64,000 bases of DNA, taken from contig CM082578.2 of assembly GCA_040954595.2 (NCBI GenBank), forward strand, positions 10,795,166-10,859,165, written 5' to 3'. Within the stretch, counting starts at the first letter, position 1. The number at the start of each line of letters is the position of its first letter. The notes under the pieces were generated by a model. The model was not told where the DNA came from and searched no databases. It saw nothing but the letters and a program-made list of their open reading frames with translations. The stretch is from Balanoglossus misakiensis. Its lineage: Eukaryota; Animalia; Hemichordata. The translations under genes and the position numbers were made by a program. Below are positions 50,001-64,000 of this stretch, one piece after another.

Positions 50001-50541
50001 CTCCCCAAAGCAGACTACCTGCACAATGTTGGCCGATGAACTAACGTGTACTTGCCTTTTCGCAGATCTGAAAACTCAACACAGCCAGAAGCCAAAAATG
50101 GAGTACCAAGGTGTCTCTTGTCTTAAGATAAACTATCACAAGTATTCGGGGTGGTTCGGTTGGCCAGAGAGAAGTTTGGATGTGTATCTCAGAATCGGTG
50201 GCGATGACGACTGGCAGTATCGAAGCAGCGATTCTCAAAGGGGAGAATACACGGCCATGACTGAAGTTAATACTTCCCGCAATAGTCTGCAGGTTAGTCA
50301 CGATTAATTAAAAATTAGAGCTGGAATGTTAACTTCCAAGACTTTTATGCTATACGCATACATAAACATAATGTTCGGAGTTGACGGGGAGATGTGCAGA
50401 TGTTCAGTCACAGTTTAGTGGAGGGTTTAATGTTGACTCCTTTTCTTTCGCTCCAAACAGGTCATGAGTGAAGGTGGGTATTCGGGAGAAGAATACATCA
50501 TTTCGGCGGTCAGTGTATCACCGGGATCGTGTGACCTTTGA
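47032..50541 (+). CDS. Galactose-3-O-sulfotransferase family protein with C-terminal MAM-like domain, paralog B (~522 aa)
   Basis: Exons 47032-47073, 47730-47842 (TM anchor; 113 nt as in paralog A), 48502-49607 (KTGSTT; SIARDP…FRSAFDFF; EYYDESLVLLKKLLCW; WNSADVRLY), 50066-50292 and 50461-50541. Same intron phases as paralog A; 1569 nt. Confidence 0.88.
47445..47477. repeat. (TACA)n microsatellite
   Basis: Seen directly; intronic. Confidence 0.9.
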
Positions 50542-53428
50542 CTCGACCCGTATAAACTTTCGACTTTCCCGGCAGCAGCGCCGTAGAGCATCAGTGTCTT
50601 GCCTTCACATATCAATGCAGTTCTTCATGTCATACGGATTTGAAGACCGGATTTCAAAATCTGGAACCGTTTCCGCCACCCAACTCTTTCTGCTCAGTTT
50701 ACAGTTTACAGTTTCGATTGTTCACGTTTTAACCGTGGTTTGTACAAACTGTTCCATTGGATTTTAGTTTGTATAAATATGCGTGATTTTGTATCCTCAT
50801 AATTTGGTTTTGTAAATAAATTCAAGAAATTTAAAGCAACATTTTGGTATCTTTTCCCTCTCAAGCCGCTCCCTGTGTTTTCATATTAGTACTTTTTCAG
50901 TTTTCTCGCGTGCAATTCTCACATATCCCAAGAGACCACCTGTTGGATTTCTCGGGCCAGCATGGGTGTTGTCTGTCCCCAGCTTCTCCAGTTCAATCAG
51001 TCAGTGAGTCCATGAAGGAGCCAAGAACGCGGTTGAACAGGTTCCCAATATGCCGCGGAGTTACTGAAACCACAGTCCCTCCAGATCCGGCCGTGTTTAA
51101 CACTAAACCATAGACAGTACTAGTAGACTACGTACTTTTCTTTTTGTCTGTGAATACAAAGCCTGACACATTCCATGGCAACTTGTTGCGTAACCAGCTG
51201 CGCTGTCGCAAAAGACAGACCCTGCAGCTGGGAGGATATGTGTTGGGGCAGCTTTTCGTGACCACGTCTCGAAAAGAAGTCTCAAAGTGCGTTCAGTTCT
51301 AATCGAACTTTATCGATCGACGTATTGTCTTGCAAATGTTGTCCGAAACAGGCGGCTACCTATTCGATGCACTGCAGTTTTCACTGTCATGAAAGCTACA
51401 TGTATGGGTCATGACTCATCCGCCCATTTGGAAACGTTAAAGATTTCTCAAAATTTGAGCGTAATTTTTTTTTTGTAGCAAATTACTTAGTTTGGAAGTG
51501 TGTTGTATGATTATTTCCTTTCCTTTCCGAGACTTCATTGCATTTTACCATGTATGACTCAGCTAAATTAGAATGGACGTGCGAAACCCAAAATTGAGTG
51601 GGTGTTATTACTTGTATAAGAACCATACAGAGTCTCGCATTAATTATTATCTCACTTCATTTTAAAATCATGGTTATTCATGTTTGACTACAGGAATTTT
51701 TCTCCTGGCAACTGTGAACAAAACTAACAAACGCATTGTCTTTCATTGAAATCCCTGCGGTAGCTTGAAGCAAAGTCCCTCCACACACATGATTGTGGTG
51801 TAACGGCGCATACCTGTTGTTAGGGTTCTATTGTCTTGGCGTTGAGTTGGCAGAGGCAATCCTTTGAGTGAATGTCCAACGGCTCAGCACACTCGAACAT
51901 GCCCTCGCTCGTTTGCATATGCATCGATATCTCCGTACCTGGCACATGACGAGTCTCTTGTTCGGTGAACGTCTGAAAGTGTCACGTGATCGAACTCAAG
52001 GCGACAACCCGAAAATAAACGGAAAGGGCGCTGACACCCTGAGTTCGTTCACCCCGCTATAGTGAAATCGGTTTTCATCGGAAAAATCAAGGGTGAATTT
52101 TGAACTAGGCACGTTGAAGGTCTCGGGAACATGAATCAGGAGGCTGCCAAGACGCGGGGCAGTGGTCCGAATTCGACGGGAAGTTGGCATATTGACTTTA
52201 ACTGCACTGTCAAATTTTGAAAGCGGTCTTTCTCATATCACCTCTTCAGATTGTCATAGATTGTGATGCACCGGGGAGGGGGATAATGGTGTATGGATTG
52301 CATTGCGTATGACATCCCGGTCAGAAGCGATAAGTGTCTGTTAATTACACGTACAGTTTGTACAGATACAGAACCGAGGCACAGCTAAGAATCGGTCCGA
52401 ACCCTACAAAATCAATTTGGTCCAATCACGTGGTCCGCGATAGACGTAGAGTGAAAAGGGCGTGGCCTTGTTTACTCGGGGTACCCACGGCCGCTTTCAC
52501 TGTTGTCTGCTGTGATTAGGGAAAGGTCTTCGAAATTTAAATTCGAAGACAACCAAAGAATTAATTGCATGATTGAGGAACAGATTTTAGGTTGGACGGT
52601 GACACAAATTTCGGAGTATGTAGTATGGATAACATTTACACTAAGTTCTCCAAACTTGTGTTGGTGGGGTTTGTCTTTTGAAGAAAAAAACTGTCGGCGG
52701 ACTCGGATTTGTTTGCAACAAACAGTTGGGGTAGCGTATCACACAAATGAAGACACGTGATGGACGGTCGTTTGACAAAAACTGAAAGTGTAGTGAATTC
52801 TAGACGAAGATCCTTGCCGGTCAAACACGTAGCAACAGAACACGCGACAGATGCAATGGCCCAAAGTACGAATACTACCTGGAATGGAAAGGGCTTTGGC
52901 CTGTGTCAACATTCATGGTCAAAATTCACCAATCACGATAAGGTCTGTGACGTCTTTTCGATAAGCCAAAAACAAACACAATCGATTTACTTTCTTGCCC
53001 CTGTCAGTTCATTTTGTGACACTTTCGCCACCACCATATCTCGTGGCATGTAAATCATTAAACAAAACTGCCATCACTCAAGTTTTGTCCGTGCTTCTAA
53101 CTAGCGTGTATTCCGGTTTGTGTCGTTTACACACTGAGTGTCTCCCCTACCCACGCAACAACATGCAGACCGATCATGGTGAGGGGTGTAGTCAGACTCC
53201 TCCCACAGTCGCCACAGAACAAAGTAATTTTGCATGACAATAAACCAAATTTGCATAGCTGATTATTTACGGCCCTCGGGATTATTGGTCATCGGATAGA
53301 CTGGGTTCTGGCAACCGAGATCTCGCTGCATCCCATCATTTGCTACCGACCAACAGGGCAGACCAATTCCTCTTTCCGGTGCGTACAGTCGTGTGAAGAT
53401 ATCACTGACAAAAACGAGACTCGTAAAG

Positions 53429-56400
53429 ATGAACGGCTATCTTGTTGTCCTGTGCTTGAGCACTTTTATCATTGGTAAGTACAGTTAAGTAACATTTTAA
53501 CCAATATAATCAAGTTGGTCCGCCAACCCTGTCGTTTTTTTTCTGTGCGTCCCCCGATACGTGCCTGTTGACCATCGAACTTTGCGCGATGAAACAAGAA
53601 GCTTCAATCTTTCGAATGGACATTTTCTTCGCTCTAGTATTTGGCACTTGCCCACACTCTTTACATTTGATTTTGCGTGTTGACACACTAAGCAGTGAAG
53701 GTGATAATGTCACACGGTGATGTGGTAGCTGGCACAGCCCCTGTGGAAAATCGCCAGAGCGCGCGGTCACTCCACTTTCTAAATTGTGGAGAGAGGGACC
53801 TTGGCACGCAGGCCAGACAGACTTATGCTTCCCTTCCCCACCGTATCCAAGAGAAACCAATTAGTCGTGTCGCGTGGATCCGCGGGGGTTACGAAAGGAG
53901 AAACTGTAGAGGCCACTGAAACACATCTCCATGACGCGAACAAACACAACAGGGCGAAAGTGGCGATAATGAATATACCCGCACCAAAAGAAAGCAATAG
54001 CGACTGCAGCCCTGGACTCATCATGATTGGTGCGCCGGGGTCGTTGAACGGGCTGTCTCAGTGTACGCCGAGTCGTGCAGCTGCGTGGAGGGATAATAGC
54101 ATATTTGTGGATTTTGTCAATTTTTTGCCTAATTTATTAAAGAAAAAAAGGGGAAACAAGACAGATACTGTAACGGCAACAAGTGGTGTATGGTTCATGC
54201 CTGAAGAAATACGCCCAGTTTGCCTGAACGTCATTTTTATCGATCATTTCAACTACATGTAATTTGATTATACATGTACATGTATATGTTCAGCCTCTTT
54301 ATCACTCCCACATCAGGGCATTTGCACCGTGTTTGATTGTTGCTAAAAAGATCCCGAGTTGCGTTGGGTGAAAGTGTTGTACTCATATCGACGACCATGG
54401 ACGTGCACACTATACGACAATGAAAGAAGGCCAGCTTCACCTCCACCTGCAATGAGAGTCACGCGGGACGACTGCTGTTGACCATGTTACAACGTTGACA
54501 TTTACATGCTTTTGTTTGTTGGTATGCAAATCATTGTGCGTATTGTTCATACAGTGAACAGTTTCTTGCCAACGGAGCAAGGCGCTCGTGAATTTTAAAT
54601 AGAATGGCACAATTTCTCCGAAGATTCGTGTTGCGTAAAATACTGTACGTCGATATTGATTATTCGCTTGTGCCCTCACATCCGCGGTCTCTCCTACATG
54701 GGGTCACTCAAAGTGCACTCTATTCCATTATGAATTTTGTGTTTGGATTAGCAAGGGAGTGGCTCAAGCGCCTTCACTTATTTCTGGACAGGCTACTCTG
54801 TCACTACTGTCACTGTCACTGATAAGAATATCACGTGTTTCGCAGTTTGTAGCATAGTACAGTAACGCAGATCAGTCAAATTCTGTTTTTATTCCCCAGC
54901 GCTCAGTCATGGCTCTGACCGTGACTTCAGAAAGGTGATGAATAGAATAAAAGCGTTGGTAAAGAAATCCGGCGTTGTCAATATAGAATTGTGTTTCGTT
55001 GCGTCACCATGTATAACCTTGTTACTTGTTCAAGAACGTTTCTCTTTGGGACATTGTTAGTCATTTCAATATTAATGTATTCAAATAGACATATTAAATA
55101 ACCGTGGCGTCCAAACTATACGTTTTGTTTGTACACGTAGGTATACCATCACAAAAAACCACTTTGCATTTGAAATGAATCAGTTTACAGTAGTTGTTTG
55201 GTGAAATCATGGGGTCCACCGCTACCTTAATGGTCAAATAGTGTTGTTGTTGTTTTTCGGGGGAGGATCGGCACTTGCGTTTTTGACAGCCTGGGGGGAC
55301 TACTATTCTAAAATCTGCCGTTCCAACAATCCGTCCAGTAGCCCCGGTCGCCGCGGTGGCCTACCATGCATTTTAGAGCCGATGTTTGGAACATGCAGAG
55401 CAGTAGTCGAGTATACGCGTCTGCATCTCTGTTGCTCTATTGATCAGAATACTTCAGTTTCCACACTCAGCGTTCGTTCCGTGATGTGTGGAACACTCAG
55501 ACATTCCTGGTGCATGCAAACCGTGTTTACTTGGCAAAAGTAGGAGCGGATACGTTGAGGATTCTCGGAAAGTTGATGTTTTCTTCTCTGTTTCCCTTCA
55601 GGTTCCTGTGTTGCAGAAGACCCAACTGAACCACCAACACCCAAGTGTGGTCATGGCTGCATGAACGGCGCCCCATGTGAATGGCCCGGATATGGAGATG
55701 AATTTCACTGTCAGTGTCCCGAGGGTTTCACCGGGGTATTCTGCGAAACAGGTATAAAGCCAGTTTAGTGTCGTACACGCAGTGTGTGCTAGAGAATGGC
55801 AGTTTAGTCTCCTGATGAGTGAGTCCAGTGACTCACGAATTAACGTTGTACAGATTATACCGCCTTTCGTTTCTCCAACTACATACATAGACTTACATGA
55901 ATATACTAGTATACATAGTACATACATAATTTACATACATAGGCTTTCATACATACATACATCGTTAACTTCGCGTGGACTTGCCTGCATGGGTTTGTCG
56001 GTTGATAACCTCATCCGAGTCGTAAGCAACATGTTGAAACTATAGCACATTTTTCAGGTCTAATAATTACTCAATGGCTAATTCTTTTAAACAGAAATTC
56101 CCGACTGTAACTCGGGTGATATGTGTTATAATGAAGGCGTATGCGAAGATATTGGCGATGGTGAATTCTACTGCACATGCCCAGATGGATACACTGGTTA
56201 CCAATGCGAAACAGGTAAGAGGACATCGTGGAAAATTAAAAAGAGTTTGAAAATTAATCAATGTAGAACATACGACGAGATGGACATAATCGTCTCTTGT
56301 ATGTACATTAACCAATCGCAATCTGTAAAACGCGTCAATCGAGAACACACACCCTTTATGAGAACATCAATTTACTAGTCTCTTCCGTGTTTGGATGTTG

Positions 56401-58033
56401 CTCACAAATCGAGTAAACTGACTGGAACGTCGGGCGGACAAATTGCTAGCGACCCACCGCAGAAAACTAACACGCTTCGTTTTCCTTCTGTGTTTTCAGA
56501 ACTGCAAGATTGCAGAACTGGGGAGCCCCATGCTATATGTCTAAACGGCGGTACGTGCATGGATGAGGACGGCGATGTCTGGTGCAGCTGCTCCGACGGG
56601 TTCACCGGATACCAATGCGAAACAGGTAAACCAGTGATTCATCTTGACCGCGGGATGAGATGCTTCACCCTCTGTTGACCTGTTTGGCAAACCGGGCAGA
56701 AAATTGTCATGGGGTGACTACCGCTACTGGAACTAATGCCTCCTGCAATGATATGTCACTCACACATTGGAGTTATTACAGTCACCTTGTCAGAGTGAAA
56801 TCCCAATATTGGCAAATATTGCGGCGGGGGATGGGTTGGGGTAGGGGTGGAGCCACCCCAGTTTTAATGGAAAATCGTGTGGGACCTTGATCGTTGAGGG
56901 CGTTGCGTTCCAGCGTCAACAATAATTAAAGCACTGATGACAATTATAACATTTAGTAAACCAGATGTATTTGTAGGAGAGTGACGTATTTTTTTAGAAG
57001 ACTGACACATTTCCCTCTTCTTTATTTGTAGTGCTGCCAGTGTGCGATTCGTGTCACCCAGATGCAGGCGCATGTGACGAGGCCCCATGTATGTGTGAAG
57101 GTGAATGTGAAGGTGAGTCTCTGAATAATGCTATCCAAACTATCGTTTATTTCTCTCCCAGACAAAATAACAACCACAGAAACTTCGAGAGATCGGCGCG
57201 CTGTCCTTGTATAGTTTACGATGAGGTGGATATGTCGGCAGGGTATGTTGTTTAGAAAGTTGATCGTGCTCTTCGAGGGGGTGGGTGGGTGGATGGGTGG
57301 GTGGGTGGGTGAGTTAGTGAGTGAGTTTTTATTGTTGGAGATGGCATTTCAGTCCTGATTTTAACGCTACGTTATAGCTGTCCACTGAAGAACTAATGTT
57401 ATGGATGTTTTCACCCCCCCCCCCCCACCTGACCGCCTCAGATATCACCATGTGCCTTGCGTGTCATGGAACTTACGACACGGATTGCGGCAAACCATCA
57501 GAAGACGAAATGGAGGGCGTGCACGTGATGCAGTGCCCCTATGGCTGCAAGGTAAGGGGAAACCATTTGATTTGTGGGGGTGGGGTGGTGGCTATTTTCC
57601 ATGATGGTAATAACAGAAACGACAGACGTTGACGATGTTGCTTGCAATGATATTTTTTTTTACAAAACGATGTATTGTCGACATTTATTTGCAGACTGAA
57701 AATGGCATGTATGAAGGCAAATGGTACGTAATGCGTGGCTGTGCCGAAGATATGTGCTGGAACGGGTGCAATGATGAAGGCGGTGAGTTTTATGTTCATT
57801 TTCAATCAGCGTATGTAAAACGCCTTTTGCATAATTAGGTGCGTCATATGGCAGTCTTAATTAATTATGGGTGTAGTGTAGAAGCACTTTATCAATGCAA
57901 TTAAATTGAAAATATAAATAAAAATTGTACTGTTCCGGTAACACGCACTCTAGAAATTGGTTAGGATGGTCTGAACTCAGCGCAAACGGTCCTGACAAAC
58001 GTCTTTGTTTGTTGTTTGTTTTGTTTATTTGTT

Positions 58034-58116
<83 letters not shown>

Positions 58117-58271
58117 CAAACGCAGAGTGCAGAAAGTGCTGTGAAGGAGAGTATTGCAATCACATGGCAGTGGATCACGATATCGTTAATCCAAGTTCTG
58201 CATCGACGTTTGCCTCGCGCGTGTCCACCGTCCTCGCCATTGCTCTAGTCGGTTTCCTTGCCCTCGTCTAA
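53429..58271 (+). CDS. GPI-anchored protein: signal peptide, 3 EGF, 6-Cys mini-module, Ly6/uPAR domain (~288 aa)
   Basis: Exons 53429-53474 (MNGYLVVLCLSTFII), 55602-55751, 56095-56214, 56500-56625 (EGFs, each ending GxxCET), 57032-57112 (CDSCHPDAGACDEAPCMCEGEC), 57442-57551, 57695-57782 and 58126-58271 (CRKCCEGEYCN plus hydrophobic GPI signal). Frame-consistent, 867 nt. Confidence 0.87.
57277..57311. repeat. (GGGT)n microsatellite
   Basis: Seen directly; intronic. Confidence 0.85.
58033..58115. repeat. (TTTA)n microsatellite
   Basis: Seen directly, just upstream of the acceptor at 58125. Confidence 0.95.
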
Positions 58272-58731
58272 AGCAGATGTGTCCTCGATCGTCACTGGAC
58301 TTAAAGAAGCGAGTTTACAGAACACCCCTTGGTAACATACTGGCAGTGTCTGGGATCTCGCTTCAAATGTCGGCAGTGTACAGGGCGGTCGCTGGGACGG
58401 TTATCTGAACCCCGAAGAATCATATTGTTTTGATATGTATTATATAATTGGTAGATGAATATATTAATATCGACACAAAATTTGCATAGTGTACTTTACA
58501 CAAAAATTCAACATATATGACCTTGTACAGTTCGTATAATTACAAACAGCAAGGTTCAGTCACGCCCATAGCGTACAGACGACCAACTGATAGACGTAAT
58601 ATAGGCCTACCGTCTTTTACATATATTTGGCGAGCACTTTTGGGATACTTTTTCTAGGTACATTGGTTAATTCATTTGCATATGTAATAAAGTAAAGTCA
58701 AATTGAAGTAGAATATGTTTATTATTGGTGT

Positions 58732-58935
58732 TGTATGTATGTATGTATGTATGTATGTATGTATGTATGTATGTATGTATGTATGTATGTATGTATGTAT
58801 GTATGTATGTATGTATGTATGTATGTATGTATGTATGTATGTATGTATGTATGTATGTATGTATGTATGTATGTATGTATGTATGTATGTATGTATGTAT
58901 GTATGTATGTATGTTTGTTTGTTTGTTTGTTTGTT

Positions 58936-58972
<37 letters not shown>

Positions 58973-59044
58973 GTGTATGTGTGTGTATGTATGTGTGTGT
59001 GTGTGTATGTATGTGTGTATGTGTGTGTGTTGGTGTGTGTGTGC
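58732..59044. repeat. Compound microsatellite (TATG)n(TTTG)n(TG)n
   Basis: Seen directly; source of the low-complexity ORFs at 58667-59201. Confidence 0.97.
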
Positions 59045-60568
59045 ATGGTGGTTGTTGAATGGGTTAGGTGCACTAAACAAGGTATTTCTTTGGTGCTTTC
59101 CTATTTTGACGGTGAGTAACATGTATTTGCTTTCTTCAGACGTACTCCGACGACTCATGCCAAGGAAAGACCATGACCATCAAGCCATTACAGGAACATA
59201 AACTCTGAGAAAGACTTGGGGGTGGAGGCCAGGTGATCGTCACTGCTCTTGACACTTAATAGTGCGTGCACAGAGAATTTTGTTCCCGCCAGTGAAATGC
59301 AGTGGGAGGCTTTCTATTGTGTGCGCTTCGGGACGCCACTTTTCCGAAGTTGTCCAGGTGTTGAAAGAGGGACCCTATCGTGGAATGTGGTCAATGGAAA
59401 ATAATATAATAGACAGTAGTTTGCGGTGCCAGGTACATCGCTTCACCGCGACCTATTAGAGAGTTCAAACCCCTCAACACCCACCACTGTGACTCATGAG
59501 TCGGACTGAACTTAAGCGCCTGTCCCTTCTCACTCTGCCAAGGGTGAATTGTTTTGTGTTGAGTCTTGCAAGTAATCGAGGTTGCTTCAAACTACAACAC
59601 GAGACAGTCACGAGGGTCTGACTTGCACGGATGTGAGCGATTTGTAACCGAAATAGAGTTAAATTAAATGCTCATTACCGAGGGGTTATTGTCATATTAA
59701 TCCGAGTATTTTTTTAAAGTCGTATTTCGGACTGGGACGAAAACTGTAGTTTTCTTCTTATTAAGAATATGTCAGGCATTTATCAACATTGCACATGTTT
59801 GGTGATTGTTCTAAAACATCACATGTTTCACCTGATCTTGTATTCAATACATTTTCGCCTGGCCTGTTTGGCCCATTTAGGCACGGTCACTTCACAGTGT
59901 AGTGACCGTGATTTAGGACATCGTTGAATCCGCATTGCGTCCGATAATGGACAGCGGTTCGCTCTAGAACCCGACATTTACGATATGGATCGAAGAAACC
60001 ATTAATGCTAAATCCTTACATCATTTTTTACGTTTCCATGGTCATGTTACCTCACAACAAACCGTGACACGAAGAGGTTGACGATCCCTAAAAAGGGTTG
60101 CAAATATTGTCGACCCATTGATATTTGTGGCTGTTTTATTCTGTGTCCCCTACCCCGGCGGGGAACTGTAATGTATTATCCTCAGCTCTTTTGCAAAGAG
60201 CCACTTTTATGGGTGTGTCACAGCCACGCCGAAGAGAATCACCGTGACGTCACTACGAACTTCTCGCCAGTGGAAATCATTTTATCGCAATTACTTATTT
60301 CAGATTTCACAGTGTACTTCAGCTATGTATATTCTGCAGTATAAATCACGAGGCACCTCTAAATCAACCACAGTTCTTATACATATTTAGGCAATGTGCT
60401 TGTCATCCGTAAAGCACCCCCTTCTCTCTCTCCCGCTAGGTGAATGCAGAGGGCCAATCCCAAATAATAAACAACCTGTTTTGCATGACAGTGCATTCGC
60501 ATAGTTAAATAGAACACGGGATCTCTTGTCACCAACACAAGGTTCTGGCGACCGCAATCCCAAAACAT

Positions 60569-60576
60569 TATAAAAG
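60569..60576 (+). promoter_or_regulatory. TATA box of the second 3xEGF gene
   Basis: TATAAAAG about 115 bp upstream of the ATG at 60689. Confidence 0.55.
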
Positions 60577-60688
60577 CGAAGTGAAGTTTTCACAAGAACA
60601 ACGGACGTCTTGGGCACATCATCGTAAAGTTCTTACAAGTACACATACGGTAGTGCGATATATACCCGGTCAAATAAGACGCCTGAAA

Positions 60689-63995
<3,307 letters not shown>

Positions 63996-64000
63996 GTGAG

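Noticed and set aside
50844-51300. Coding-looking intergenic stretch (also 39960-40350 and 45450-45720)
   Set aside because: No recognisable motifs or consistent splice frame on either strand; cannot be supported without a database search.
58667-59201. HTYI/CMYV-repeat ORFs
   Set aside because: Translations of (TATG)n and (TG)n microsatellites.

Overview
Eukaryotic (animal) genomic DNA with GT-AG spliced genes. The gene families and repeats suggest a marine invertebrate deuterostome, but that is inference only. Reading splice sites and frames by hand gives seven genes. (1) A secreted C-type lectin (QPD motif) fused to a resistin/RELM-like Cys-rich domain (2646-4555). (2) A secreted protein with two 5-repeat beta-propeller lectin-like domains that shares a homologous signal-peptide exon with gene 1 (6205-8669). 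(3) A minus-strand GPI-anchored acidic-EGF-Ly6/uPAR protein (36561-39170). (4, 5) Two paralogous galactose-3-O-sulfotransferase-family genes, each with an unexpected C-terminal MAM-like domain (41042-44304; 47032-50541). (6, 7) Two paralogous 3xEGF + 6-Cys mini-module proteins; the complete copy ends in Ly6-GPI (53429-58271) and the second runs off the window (60689->63995). About 26 kb (9881-35740) is an 87-bp satellite array of roughly 297 monomers with higher-order repeats; it accounts for all the long repetitive ORFs in the track. The strongest novelty candidates are the lectin-resistin fusion, the leader-exon shuffling between the two lectin genes, the sulfotransferase-MAM fusions and the EGF-Ly6-GPI family. 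Gene models are hand-built from splice consensus and frame continuity, without transcript data.
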